A stretch of 61,806 nucleotides of DNA, the filler included, from Desulfonatronovibrionaceae bacterium (GTDB taxonomy: Bacteria > Desulfobacterota > Desulfovibrionia > Desulfovibrionales > Desulfonatronovibrionaceae), in the NCBI GenBank assembly GCA_046539845.1. It is 3 parts of 3 records of this genome, joined end to end, with 100 filler letters (N's around TTAATTAATTAA, not from the genome) between each part and the next. Parts side by side here need not be neighbours in the genome. Positions count along the whole stretch, not along the records: positions 1 to 22,724 come from JBKHGE010000036.1; 2 more parts are not named here. One strand, given 5' to 3'. Below the pieces are notes generated by a model. It was not told the origin of the DNA, searched no databases, and was given only the letters and a program-made list of their open reading frames with translations. The translations under genes and the position numbers were made by a program. Positions 1 to 9,599 of this stretch are shown piece by piece. Positions within the stretch are counted from its first letter, which is position 1; the number at the start of each line of letters is the position of its first letter.

Positions 1-212
1 CCTTTTTGCAAGAATTCCTTGAGGCCGGTTTTTTCGGAAGTCCGGTCCAATTGAAGTTTGGAGAGCAGTTTGGAAATAATGCTTTTAGTAAGTTTGGCTG
101 CTAGCCAGCCAACCACGAAGATGATGATTGCCCCTATCAGCAGGGGAATAAAGCTGGTTATTTGGGTGGAAAAGGCATCCCAAGCGTTTTGTACGGTTGC
201 CATGATTTGCAT
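1..212 (-). CDS. N-terminal part of a TM-helix repeat / small-conductance mechanosensitive channel-like protein (runs off the window edge)
   Basis: Manual translation MQIMATVQNAWDAFSTQITSFIPLLIGAIIIFVVGWLAAKLTKSIISKLLSKLQLD, with a GGAGG RBS upstream. Not in the ORF track. Confidence 0.7.
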   Translation of the reverse strand, partial: MQIMATVQNAWDAFSTQITSFIPLLIGAIIIFVVGWLAAKLTKSIISKLLSKLQLDRTSEKTGLKEFLQK

Positions 213-748
213 AAATACCTCCCTTTGGACTGTTTTTAAAAGGTTTATTCTTTTCAGGTCTAAGCTAAATATAGCCTTGCCTGTAAAAATACTGGAAGTT
301 TAGTCCCTTTATATCTGCTATCACCTAAAAACTGCGTTTACCAACCTTTTAAGGTAATTAATAGGAGCAAAGTATCATGGCAATGTCAATGGGAAATTAT
401 TGAAATATCGCGAGAACGTACTTTTATATACACTTTCCGCTTTCATTCAGTATATGCCAAGGCCTATTTGGGATTGGGCAGTCCTTGTTGTATTTGCGTG
501 CAAGGTCTAGCTTGTGGCGGAGGGAGTGTGCAGCTCTGGATTAATGTGTTGAGGCCTGAGTCGGGTCAGCCTTTGGAAGGATTAGCCTAGGCAGGTGAAG
601 GAATTTACCCATTTTACGCCGGTCGCATTTTGGGTAATTATTTCCGGGGCACGGGGTAGTCTTGATTGCGTTTTGATTTTTTGCTGAGGCCGTGGCGGAT
701 TAGATTATTTTTTTTTGCAAAGCTGTAGGCTGGAACACATAATTCTAA

Positions 749-780
749 GGCCTGCCCCGCCCTTTGGGCAGGGGCAGGCC
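749..780. terminator. GC-rich hairpin, probable terminator of the 853-1155 gene
   Basis: ggcctgccccgccc-ttt-gggcaggggcaggcc inverted repeat downstream of the minus-strand gene. Confidence 0.55.
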
Positions 781-852
781 CTTTAAAGGAGAGGGTCTGT
801 CAATGGTGGGGCTGGCGGATGTTAGGGGAGTCGCCAGCTTTATGCCCGCAAA

Positions 853-1155
853 TTACCAGCCCTGTTCTTCGTCGCCTCCTTCATCCTCTGGTTCTTCGTA
901 TTCATTGCTTTGGTCTTCGGAGCTCTCCTCTCCGTATGTCTCTTCTTCACCACCAGACTCCTCTTCTGATCCGGTGTTGTATCCCTCAGTATTCTCCTGG
1001 GTTTCAGAGTACTCGCTCTGTTCTCCGGACTGTTCGTATCCGTCGTCTGTGGCAAAGGCCTGCCCGCCTACAAGTGCCAGGCACAGGGCGCATAAAATTG
1101 CAAACGCTTTGACCCCACCAGCTTTTGTTTTGATTAGTGACTTTAGTTTCTGCAT
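853..1155 (-). CDS. Small secreted, highly acidic low-complexity protein
   Basis: Signal peptide ending AFA, a mature region dominated by E/D/S/G/Y, and an AGGAGG RBS. Confidence 0.75.
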   Translation of the reverse strand: MQKLKSLIKTKAGGVKAFAILCALCLALVGGQAFATDDGYEQSGEQSEYSETQENTEGYNTGSEEESGGEEETYGEESSEDQSNEYEEPEDEGGDEEQGW

Positions 1156-1198
1156 GATTAACCTCCTTTTAAATGTTTTTGAGTTTCATCCGTACTAC

Positions 1199-1214
1199 AG
1201 CAACGTGCATGCCA
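1199..1214 (-). promoter_or_regulatory. Sigma-54 -24/-12 promoter
   Basis: Minus strand reads TGGCAT-GCACG-TTGCT, matching TGGCAY-N5-TTGC, about 45 bp upstream of the 1155 start. Confidence 0.65.
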
Positions 1215-1468
1215 AAAATTTTTGGGACTGAAATAAGGCCTTTTTAAAAAAAGATGTAGGGATTCCGGATAGATGAGTTTGAGTATGCTCGATCAATGAT
1301 GTGCAAGCCTGGCACATGTGCCGCCGAAGGAGAGTATAAAGGGACTGGTTAAAAATTGACCCTGACCGGAATTTCGAGCAGAAGCAGGGTACCGAATGGC
1401 CAGATTTTTGGCATGATAAATCGGCCTTTTTCCCTGAACATTTCCCTGCGACTGACCAAGAATAAAGG

Positions 1469-2125
1469 ATGACCGGGCTTCAGACAGCGTATCTGACAGC
1501 GTGGATCATGGCCTGCTGTGCTGCCGCAGTCCTGGTTCTGAGCAGCCCGGGCCGCTTCGATTTCCTGCACGGAGCTTACTGGCGGTTTTTGCTGCGGCCC
1601 TGGCGCCTGGGCCTTTTCGGCGCGGCTCTTGCCGGCATTGTCTGCCTGGGTCCTTATTCCGGGGATCCTACCTGGGATTATGTTGACGGAGCCTTCATGC
1701 CTGTTTTGGCCTATATCACCACGTCGTGGGCGGTAGGGGTGTTCTATCGCTTCAGGCTTTCCCTTGCAGATCTTAAACTCGTTTATGTGGCCTTGTGCTT
1801 GTGGCTGTTTTCCGCCAGCTGGTCCTATGACCTGTATATCCTGTTGCGGGACGGGTTTTACCCGCCTATTTGGGTGGCCAATCTGGTCCTTTCTTCCATC
1901 CTGTATCTTGCCGCAGGTTGCCTCTGGAGCCTCACCGGGAGCGTCTCGGGCACGACCTTTGTCTTTCGCCTGCCGGGGTGGTTCCGCGAGGATCAATCCC
2001 TCCCTATTCGGGGACTCGTTGCCTGCGCCCTGCCTTTTATCCTGCTTGCCGTTTGGGTGATTGGCATGGTGGTCTGGCATTGTGCGGGGGCATACAGTAA
2101 AATAGTCGACCCGGATTTCTGCTAA
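1469..2125 (+). CDS. Hypothetical integral membrane protein
   Basis: 218 aa with multiple hydrophobic helices and an AAGGA RBS. Confidence 0.7.
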   Translation: MTGLQTAYLTAWIMACCAAAVLVLSSPGRFDFLHGAYWRFLLRPWRLGLFGAALAGIVCLGPYSGDPTWDYVDGAFMPVLAYITTSWAVGVFYRFRLSLADLKLVYVALCLWLFSASWSYDLYILLRDGFYPPIWVANLVLSSILYLAAGCLWSLTGSVSGTTFVFRLPGWFREDQSLPIRGLVACALPFILLAVWVIGMVVWHCAGAYSKIVDPDFC

Positions 2126-2308
2126 GAGAAAGCAAAGCGGTCTTTATCCGGGCGGGATTGGCCGTAGATATTATTTGCCTTGCCAGGGAAGCCGGTTCGG
2201 GGATAGGGGGAAGAAAAGAACTGTTTTTTAAGCGGCCCGGGGCACGAGTGAACACCGAAGAAACAGGGATGTCATTTTTCGCGGATGGATTTTATCTGGC
2301 AGGGGTAA

Positions 2309-3265
2309 ATGGGTATTCAAATTTTGATTACTGTATTTGAGGCCGTGGCCCTGCTTCTGGGTATCGGGATCCTCGGGCTGTGGATCATGAGCCGGCGGAT
2401 CTTGCCCCAAAAGGCCATGGGCATCCTCTCCGTTTTGGCCCTGGATATATCTCTGCCCAGCCTGGTGTTTGTGAATATCCTGGAGAATTTTAAGCCCGCC
2501 GAATTCTCGGACTGGTGGCAGCTGCCCCTGTACTGGGCCGGATTCACCGTGTTTTTGGGCTGTCTTACCGCCTTTTTCAGCCTTATTTCCGGGCGGAATA
2601 CGCGCCGGGAATTTGCTGCGAGCCTATTTTTTCAAAACGCCCTTTTTTTCCCCCTGGCAATACTGGGAGAGATGTTTGGGGTAGACTCGCCTTATGTAGT
2701 AAAGCTCTTTTTTTTCGTGATGTTCTTTCCTTCCCTGTTTTTCAGCACAGCGCATCTTTTTTTCAAGAGATCCCAGAAGTCCTTTGACTGGGCCAAGATC
2801 ATCAATAAGGTCCTTTTGGCCACTATTGCCGCCACCTGCCTGCGCCTGTTCGGAGCCGAATGGGTCGTCCCCGAGTTTGCAGTCTCCGCGTTGCGCCTGC
2901 TCGGGAACATGACCCTGCCCTTGCTTTTCTTGATCCTGGGTGGAAATATGTACATTGATTTCAAGGCCAAAGGTAAGATCCATCCCCTTGAGGTCGGGAA
3001 ATTCGTCCTGGTCAAAAATTTCCTGTTCCCGATCGCGTCCCTTTTGCTGCTTGTCGCCCTGAGGCCGCCTTTTCCCATCGCCCTGTTCGTGCTCCTGGAA
3101 GCTTCCGTGCCACCACTCACCGCAATTCCCATTTTGACCGAGCGTGCAGGCGGAAACCGGGAAATCGTCAATCAGTTCATGGTGGCGAGCTTTGCGGTCT
3201 CCCTGGTGTCCATTCCCTTGATGATGGGGCTTTTCAGCCTGTATTTTCCCTTGCCTGCCCCGTAG
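2309..3265 (+). CDS. AEC (auxin efflux carrier) family transporter
   Basis: About 10 TM helices with ISLPSLVF, FQNALFFPL and LGNMTLPL motifs. Confidence 0.85.
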   Translation: MGIQILITVFEAVALLLGIGILGLWIMSRRILPQKAMGILSVLALDISLPSLVFVNILENFKPAEFSDWWQLPLYWAGFTVFLGCLTAFFSLISGRNTRREFAASLFFQNALFFPLAILGEMFGVDSPYVVKLFFFVMFFPSLFFSTAHLFFKRSQKSFDWAKIINKVLLATIAATCLRLFGAEWVVPEFAVSALRLLGNMTLPLLFLILGGNMYIDFKAKGKIHPLEVGKFVLVKNFLFPIASLLLLVALRPPFPIALFVLLEASVPPLTAIPILTERAGGNREIVNQFMVASFAVSLVSIPLMMGLFSLYFPLPAP

Positions 3266-3879
3266 CCTGTCCGGTCTGGATTCAGGTCCGGGAGGGCAGG
3301 CTTTAGGACCCGCGGCGTTGGCAGCGGTTTGCAGTTGTCGATTTGCCTGGCAACTTTGTGGGCACATGCCTGATTTTGTTGTGGTAATATGCTGATATCT
3401 ATAGAAAAAAATGAGGCATGGTTAGTGCGAGGATATTGATGGCCTTATTCTGAAAGAGGCCTTTCATGATGCGGCTGCAAAAAGTATTTTGCAGCCGCAT
3501 GAAGACTGAGCACAGTAAACGGAGGACATAAAAATCAAAAGGTAAAAACCAGAGAATATGGCATCAATCCCTTGTTCCTATTTTTTGCAGGGGCTGTTTT
3601 AGATTTGCGGAAAATTGTTTTTTAAATATTTGGATAAAAAAGATGGTTAAGACTGAGTGGGGAACAGTTTGAAGCAGACTTTGGATGGGGTGGAAGCGGC
3701 TTTGTTGATACCTGCAAAAATATAAAACTGGACAAATTCAGGGGATGGCATCTTAATGCGCGATGTTGTTTCGTCAGGTATGAGACCGGCAATAGAAAGT
3801 GTATCTACTGGAAGGACAGGAGGCTTAGCCTCGAGGCTGTAAAAGTGAAATATTTTTCCGGTGATTTCGAGATAGACCC

Positions 3880-4193
3880 TGATTAATGGAGTAAACTGCC
3901 AAAATATCGGAAGACGATGTTATTGTCACTCCCTTGCCGTTGCCCAATTTGTTTGGTTTGGGCTGCGCCCTGTACCCCACCCTTATAATGGGACAGACCA
4001 TGGTTGTTCTGGACGGATTTGATCCCGTGGAGTGCATTGAGGCCGTGGAAAAATACCGGGCCACCCAAATTATGGGGGTCCCGATGATGCATATGGCCAT
4101 CTTGCATTCTCAGGCGGTGGAAAAGTCGGATATTTCCAGCCTTGTGCGTGTGGTTACCGGAGGAGGCCCGGCTTCCCCCGCACTGATCAATCA
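3880..4193 (+). pseudogene. Internal fragment of an AMP-binding acyl-CoA synthetase
   Basis: DDVIVTPLPL..LFGL..FDPVECIEAVEKYRAT..GVPMM..SSLVRVVTGGGPAS. In-frame TAA at 3892, no N-terminus, truncated at the convergent gene. Confidence 0.75.
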
Positions 4194-5147
4194 GAAGCGG
4201 TATCCGGCCCCCAGTGTAAACACCCCCAGGCTGGCTTCATAAAAATCCTGTCTGGCTGAAATGCGGAAATACCCGAGTCTTATATTGTAGAAAAAATTCT
4301 CCCACCCGAACGGATTGTTGCGGATTATGTTTTCGCTGATCCCCATCTGGCTTTCGGATCTTTTTTCGGCGAAATCCGGGTGCTTATCGGAAAAATCATG
4401 GTGTTGGATAAAAGCGGTGGTCTTGAACATCCATTCGGATAGACGCAGGCTGTGCTCCACTCCGCCTCCATAGCCCATATATCTGTTGCTTTTACCTTGG
4501 GCGTCGAAATATGCGGTGCGGACAAAGGGCTCTATCCGGCCCGCCCTTCCGAGATCGAATTCATATCCGGCCCTGAGGGCGTGCCTGTAGCCTGTGCGGC
4601 GCAGATCGCTGTTGCGATCCCCGGTCTCATCATCGTTTATGTAGCGCCGGGCCAGGACATAAGAGAGGTTCAAGCCGCTGTGCATTATCCCGTCCCAGCG
4701 TAATTCGGTACCCAGTTCACTGACGGTGGTTTTCTCCCGATCTTCTCCGGTTATGTACGGATCCTTCCAGACGTCGCGCCAGGCATAAAATATTTCCGCC
4801 CCGACTTTCCCCCCTGCGGATATTTCCCTGTCCATGCCCAGGGCCAGGCTTATTCCCTGACCGTCCCTGTTTTTAAAGTATATATCCGTTTTGTCGCTGA
4901 TTTTGTAACCCAGTTCCAACCGGGCTAAAGGAATCGCTCTGGTGGTATGCCTGGCCCTTTTATCCAGGCTGTCGATTTCCCTTTCTGCGTTTTCCGCGTC
5001 CAGCTGACTGGGAATTCCGGTTAGAACGCCCCCTCCCACGGCAATATTACCGTGCCAGCCGGGAGAAGCTTGTTTTTTCCCGGTTTGTGCCGCCAGGCAA
5101 AGGCCAGGAATCAAAAGCAGGGCAAGGCAGAAAAATATTCGGCGCAT
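4191..5147 (-). CDS. Outer-membrane beta-barrel protein (DUF2860-like)
   Basis: Signal peptide, amphipathic beta-strands, VWKDPYITG motif, C-terminal GAGYRF. Confidence 0.75.
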   Translation of the reverse strand: MRRIFFCLALLLIPGLCLAAQTGKKQASPGWHGNIAVGGGVLTGIPSQLDAENAEREIDSLDKRARHTTRAIPLARLELGYKISDKTDIYFKNRDGQGISLALGMDREISAGGKVGAEIFYAWRDVWKDPYITGEDREKTTVSELGTELRWDGIMHSGLNLSYVLARRYINDDETGDRNSDLRRTGYRHALRAGYEFDLGRAGRIEPFVRTAYFDAQGKSNRYMGYGGGVEHSLRLSEWMFKTTAFIQHHDFSDKHPDFAEKRSESQMGISENIIRNNPFGWENFFYNIRLGYFRISARQDFYEASLGVFTLGAGYRF

Positions 5148-5306
5148 ATATACCTCGGCATTTTTTGCGGTTGAAAACCACTTCTAATAGCTTTGCCATG
5201 TTTTGCCGGACCGGGCAATTAAACTTTTGGCTCCTGAGCAGCATCTGTCTTCCCTGGGGATTGTTTAGCCGTGGGGCGAAAGGTTCAGGATCTTATTATT
5301 TATTGC

Positions 5307-5352
5307 TTGACACATAAGGGAATTAACTTATATATCGTGATATAGCGATATA
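5307..5352 (+). promoter_or_regulatory. Sigma-70 promoter with a putative ArsR operator
   Basis: TTGACA at 5307 and the imperfect palindrome tatatcg-tgatatag-cgatata at 5331-5352, just upstream of arsR. Confidence 0.6.
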
Positions 5353-5377
5353 AAGTCTTGAGTATGGGAGCGTGGAA

Positions 5378-5761
5378 ATGAGGGAATTTATAAAGGTGAT
5401 GAAAGCATTGTCCGACCGGACGCGGGTCAAGATCGTCAAGATCCTCCAGCAAAGGGAGTTGTGTGTCTGCGAGATCCAGAAGGCCCTGGGCATTGCCCAG
5501 TCCACTGCCAGTAAACACCTAAAGATACTGGAAGAGGCCGGACTGGCCACTTATACCAAGGACGGTCTGTGGGTGAATTATTCCCTGGCCGACGGTGCGA
5601 AGAACCCGTATGCAGCGGACATGCTCGAAAAGTGTCGGAGCTGGCTGGAGGACGATCCGGAAGTGATGGAACTCATGCTCCGGCTTCCGGAAATAAGACG
5701 GGAGGATATCTGCCGGTCGCGAAGCTGTTCTTCCGAAAAAGAATTAGGGTTGAATCCTTAA
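5378..5761 (+). CDS. arsR: ArsR/SmtB family metalloregulator
   Basis: KALSDRTRVKI, ELCVCEI metal-binding box, SKHLKILEEAGL. Confidence 0.9.
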   Translation: MREFIKVMKALSDRTRVKIVKILQQRELCVCEIQKALGIAQSTASKHLKILEEAGLATYTKDGLWVNYSLADGAKNPYAADMLEKCRSWLEDDPEVMELMLRLPEIRREDICRSRSCSSEKELGLNP

Positions 5762-5785
5762 ATATAAAAAACAGGAGGGAGAATT

Positions 5786-6016
5786 ATGGATATCAAGGTA
5801 TTGGGTCCCGGTTGCCCGAAATGCAAAAAGGCCGAGGAGGTGGTCATGCAGGCCGTGGCTGACTCCGGTGCAAAGGCAGAGGTGGAAAAGGTCACTGACA
5901 GTATGGAAATCGCGAAATACGGGGTCTTCGGCACTCCGGCCGTGGTTGTGGACGGAGAGGTCAAGTCCGTGGGCAAGATGCCTAAAAAGGATGATGTCCT
6001 GGAGTGGCTCAAATAG
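5786..6016 (+). CDS. Small redox-active disulfide protein (MTH895-like thioredoxin)
   Basis: IKVLGPGCPKC and YGVFGTPAVVVDGEVKSVG motifs. Confidence 0.9.
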   Translation: MDIKVLGPGCPKCKKAEEVVMQAVADSGAKAEVEKVTDSMEIAKYGVFGTPAVVVDGEVKSVGKMPKKDDVLEWLK

Positions 6017-6081
6017 CTTTTAGGCCGTGAAGGTGTTTTTTGTGGACCAAAGCAGGCTTTGCCGGCAACCCAAAGACTATC

Positions 6082-6128
6082 AACCGCCGGTCCGGCGCTC
6101 AGAGTCCCTGAGTGCTGGGTTGGCGGTT
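6082..6128. repeat. Palindromic dispersed repeat, related to the copy at 52862-52900
   Basis: aaccgccggtccggcgctcag-agtcc-ctgagtgctgggttggcggtt hairpin. Confidence 0.6.
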
Positions 6129-6162
6129 CAAAACTATTTGTTTTCTAGGACAGGGTTTTGTG

Positions 6163-6873
6163 ATGCTTGATCAGCTTTTGATCGCGGTTAATCAATGGAT
6201 GTCCGCGGGTACGGCCCTGGCCCTCATCGGGGCTTTTATTTGGGGGATGGTAAGCGTGCTCTTGAGTCCGTGTCATCTGGCTTCAATCCCCCTGATAGTG
6301 GCCTATGTGGGTGGACAGCAGACCGCTGTGAATCCGAAACGGGCCGGATGGTATGCCGGGGCTTTCACCCTGGGTCTTTTCATCACCATTGCCGGGGTGG
6401 GCGTCGTCTGCGCCATTCTGGGCCGGATGCTTGGTGATGTAGGGTTCTGGCTGCAAATGGCGGTGGGCGGAATACTGATTTGGGTGGGACTGGGCATGAT
6501 GGGCGTACAGGCCTGCACCATGTCCGGAGGGCTGCTGTATCGGCTAAAATTGCACGGAATTCGCGGGGCCTTCGGGCTGGGCCTGGCCTACGGAATACTG
6601 TCCGGGTCGTGCACATTCGGTTTTATTGCCCCCATTCTGGCCATTGTCACCGTGCAGCAGGAGGTATTTTGGGGATCAATGATGATGCTTTTGTTCGCCC
6701 TGGGTCATTGCCTGCCGATTGTTTTTGCTGGAAGCTCGGCTGCGGCTGTGCGTAGACTCACCGAAAGCGCCGCCTGGCAGGGAGCGGGGTTCTGGTTCCG
6801 CAAAGGTGCCGCCGTAATTATTCTTGTCCTGGGCGTTTATTTTATATCCAGTCCGCTGGTGAAAATATTATAA
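6163..6873 (+). CDS. CcdA/DsbD-type transmembrane electron transporter
   Basis: LLSPCHLASIP and SGSCTFGFIAP conserved Cys motifs, about 6 TM helices. Confidence 0.85.
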   Translation: MLDQLLIAVNQWMSAGTALALIGAFIWGMVSVLLSPCHLASIPLIVAYVGGQQTAVNPKRAGWYAGAFTLGLFITIAGVGVVCAILGRMLGDVGFWLQMAVGGILIWVGLGMMGVQACTMSGGLLYRLKLHGIRGAFGLGLAYGILSGSCTFGFIAPILAIVTVQQEVFWGSMMMLLFALGHCLPIVFAGSSAAAVRRLTESAAWQGAGFWFRKGAAVIILVLGVYFISSPLVKIL

Positions 6874-6943
6874 GTGGCTAAAAATTCACTAGGTAAACAA
6901 ATAACATGTGCAAGATCTATATGATTTTTATACAGGAGGAAAT

Positions 6944-7372
6944 ATGAGTGAGGATTGCTGCAAAACATCCGGGGCGGTGACCATGCTTTTGCCGTGTTCC
7001 GGAGCCTCCAATACCGGCCAGCTGGCCAATCGGGCGGCGGTGGAACTCACCCGGGAGGGGCTGGGCAAAATGTTTTGCCTGGCCGGCATCGGCGGGCGTT
7101 TGTCCGGGTTTGTTCAGTCCGCAAAAGACACCCAATCCGTGCTTGTCATCGACGGTTGCCAGGTAGCCTGCGGCAGGGCTGTTCTGGAGGCCGCCGGTAT
7201 ACAGGACTTTAAACACTTGGTGGTTACTGAATACGGGATTGAAAAAGAAGATGGCTTCAATCTAAGTGATGAAGACGCGGAGATGATAAAGGAAGCGGTC
7301 AAAAACGAAACTTTTGCATCTCAATCTGGCCCGGCGGTACCCCGCATATCCGGGTGCTGCTGTTGCGGTTAA
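6944..7372 (+). CDS. DGC-domain putative zinc-binding protein
   Basis: PCSGASNTGQLAN, CLAGIG and VIDGC..AC motifs, C-terminal CCCC. Confidence 0.85.
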   Translation: MSEDCCKTSGAVTMLLPCSGASNTGQLANRAAVELTREGLGKMFCLAGIGGRLSGFVQSAKDTQSVLVIDGCQVACGRAVLEAAGIQDFKHLVVTEYGIEKEDGFNLSDEDAEMIKEAVKNETFASQSGPAVPRISGCCCCG

Positions 7373-7415
7373 AGATCCTGCAGCAAAGATATTTTTTGCG
7401 CTGCAGGCGAGAAAG

Positions 7416-7457
7416 TTGACAGTTTAATATATTTATATATTCAAATGTAACGATATA
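7416..7457 (+). promoter_or_regulatory. Second promoter / ArsR-like operator upstream of the permease
   Basis: TTGACA at 7416. The box tatattcaaatgtaacgatata (7436-7457) matches the 5331 box at 16 of 22 positions. Confidence 0.5.
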
Positions 7458-7481
7458 ACACATGTTAACAAGGAGGGGCAG

Positions 7482-8660
7482 ATGAATATAAAAGAACGTT
7501 ATAAGTTACTGCTTTTGATCGGTCTTTTCCTGGTGGCCTATTATGTGCCCTGGAACAGCGAGATAGTCCGCCAGGCCGGGCTGGAAGCGTTCATGATGCT
7601 CCGGGAATACGCCCGGGAGCACGTTCTGACCTGTTTGATACCGGCCTTTTTTATTGCCGGGGCTATTGCCGTGTTTGTCTCCCAGGCCTCGGTAATCAAA
7701 TATTTCGGGGCCCAGGCCAACAAGTTTCTTTCCTATTCCGTGGCTTCGGTGTCCGGGACCATCCTGGCGGTTTGTTCCTGCACCGTGCTCCCGCTTTTTG
7801 CCGGCATCTATTCCCGGGGGGCGGGAATCGGTCCGGCCACTGCCTTTCTGTATTCCGGTCCGGCCATAAACGTCTTGGCCATTGTCTTTACCGCCCGGGT
7901 TTTGGGCTGGCAGCTGGGACTGGCCAGGGCGGTGGGTGCAGTATTTTTTGCCGCCATTGTCGGCCTTTCCATGCACTTTATCTTCCGCAAGGATGAAGCA
8001 AAACGCCAGGCCGGACAGATGCATCTTCCGGATGAAGAAGGAGAGGGCCGGTCGCTTTTTCAGGAAGGCATATTCATGCTGGTTTTGGTTCTTATCCTCA
8101 TATTTGCCGCATTTGCCAAGCCCTCCCAGGATGCGGCCGGGCTGTGGAAAAGCATTTTTCAGGCCAAGTGGATAGTCACCGGTGTTCTTTTGGTCATCCT
8201 GGGTTTTATCCTCAAGTCCTGGTTCAAGCGTGAAGAACTCGGGGACTGGGTGCATTCCACCTGGGGGTTCATGAAGCAGATTTTCCCCCTGCTTTTTGCC
8301 GGAGTTCTCTTTGCCGGGTTTTTTCTGGGCCGTCCCGGGAATCCGGCATTGATCCCCGAGCATTTCGTGGTCGAGCTGGTCGGGGGCAACTCCATCTGGG
8401 CCAACCTGTTTGCCGCCCTGGCCTCGGCGCTTATGTATTTTGCCACTCTTACCGAAGTACCCATCCTGCAGGGACTATTGGGATCAGGCATGGGCCAGGG
8501 GCCGGCCCTGACCATGCTTTTGGCCGGTCCGGCTCTTTCCCTTCCCAATCTGATAGTTATCGGCAGCGTCATGGGCTGGAAAAAGACCGGCACCTTCGCC
8601 GGTCTCATCGTGGTTCTGTCTACCTTTGTGGGCATGGCCTACGGGTCCATTGTCGCCTAG
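7482..8660 (+). CDS. ArsP-like (DUF318) permease
   Basis: LAVCSCTVLPLF, AFLYSGPAIN, MYFATLTEVP and LLAGPALSLP motifs. Confidence 0.85.
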   Translation: MNIKERYKLLLLIGLFLVAYYVPWNSEIVRQAGLEAFMMLREYAREHVLTCLIPAFFIAGAIAVFVSQASVIKYFGAQANKFLSYSVASVSGTILAVCSCTVLPLFAGIYSRGAGIGPATAFLYSGPAINVLAIVFTARVLGWQLGLARAVGAVFFAAIVGLSMHFIFRKDEAKRQAGQMHLPDEEGEGRSLFQEGIFMLVLVLILIFAAFAKPSQDAAGLWKSIFQAKWIVTGVLLVILGFILKSWFKREELGDWVHSTWGFMKQIFPLLFAGVLFAGFFLGRPGNPALIPEHFVVELVGGNSIWANLFAALASALMYFATLTEVPILQGLLGSGMGQGPALTMLLAGPALSLPNLIVIGSVMGWKKTGTFAGLIVVLSTFVGMAYGSIVA

Positions 8661-8839
8661 CCGGTCCAGATTTTGATTTGTCCGGCAATCCTTTCAAATC
8701 AATGTCTCGGACATTGTCAAAGGCTGCTGCATACGGTCTTTTGGTGAGGGTTTCGGGAAAATCTTATTGCCTGAGTCCTGAAAATAGGCGATAATTTTTT
8801 TGAGTGTTTTTTACGTGTAACCAGCGATAGGGAGGGGGT

Positions 8840-9427
8840 ATGTTTGTATCTTGGGCGGGAAAGTCCTGGGGGAGGTATTGTCTGGTTCTGCTTGCCTGTT
8901 TTTTTCTGGCCGGTTGTTTTGCAACCGCCACCAAACACGGTCCGCCGCCCATGGATAAAAGGCCGGGGCAGGCCCCTGAGGTGGCCATGCTGCCCATTGA
9001 AAATACGAATGATCCTGAACTGGCCAATTTGGTCAGTGAAAAGATCAAGACCTGCCTGCAAGAGCGCAATGTATTCCAATTTGCCGGGCAGGAGCAGGTG
9101 GACGAGGCGGCTAAGGCCAGCGGCTATAATTTCGGGACTATGCTCGGCCTGGATGCAGAGCAGTACGCGAGCCTGGCCGGTGAACTGGGAGTGACGTACA
9201 CCATGCACGGCACGCTTACGGTCAGAAAGATTCTCACCTTTTCCGGATGGAGAAAGGATGTGGATGTGTACGTGTATCTGAGCGACAGCAGTGGCAACAA
9301 GGTGGACAGCTGGCGATCAATGACCGATTTTACCTGGGCCAAGGGCGAGGACGCGGTCAACGCCGAAAAGATGGCCGAATCCCCGGCCAATCATATCTGT
9401 GCCAAGATACTGGAAAGGGAATACTAA
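8840..9427 (+). CDS. Hypothetical lipoprotein
   Basis: LAGC lipobox after a hydrophobic stretch. Confidence 0.7.
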   Translation: MFVSWAGKSWGRYCLVLLACFFLAGCFATATKHGPPPMDKRPGQAPEVAMLPIENTNDPELANLVSEKIKTCLQERNVFQFAGQEQVDEAAKASGYNFGTMLGLDAEQYASLAGELGVTYTMHGTLTVRKILTFSGWRKDVDVYVYLSDSSGNKVDSWRSMTDFTWAKGEDAVNAEKMAESPANHICAKILEREY

Positions 9428-9599
9428 GCCAGGCACTGAAAGTATAGTTGGGGTATAAAAACCCGGGCGGTGCACATAAGCCTTGGGCCTGCTTGTATTG
9501 CGCATGTCCGGGATCGATTCTGTTGACATAAGGATTGAAATCCTCCTAGCCTTGCGTTTGGGGTTTAACGGAGTAAAAAACCATAGCACAGGAGGTCTT

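Noticed and set aside
5378..8660. Possible selenoproteins in the Cys-rich ars-like cluster
   Set aside because: All redox motifs use Cys codons and the ORFs end in TAA/TAG, with no in-frame TGA.
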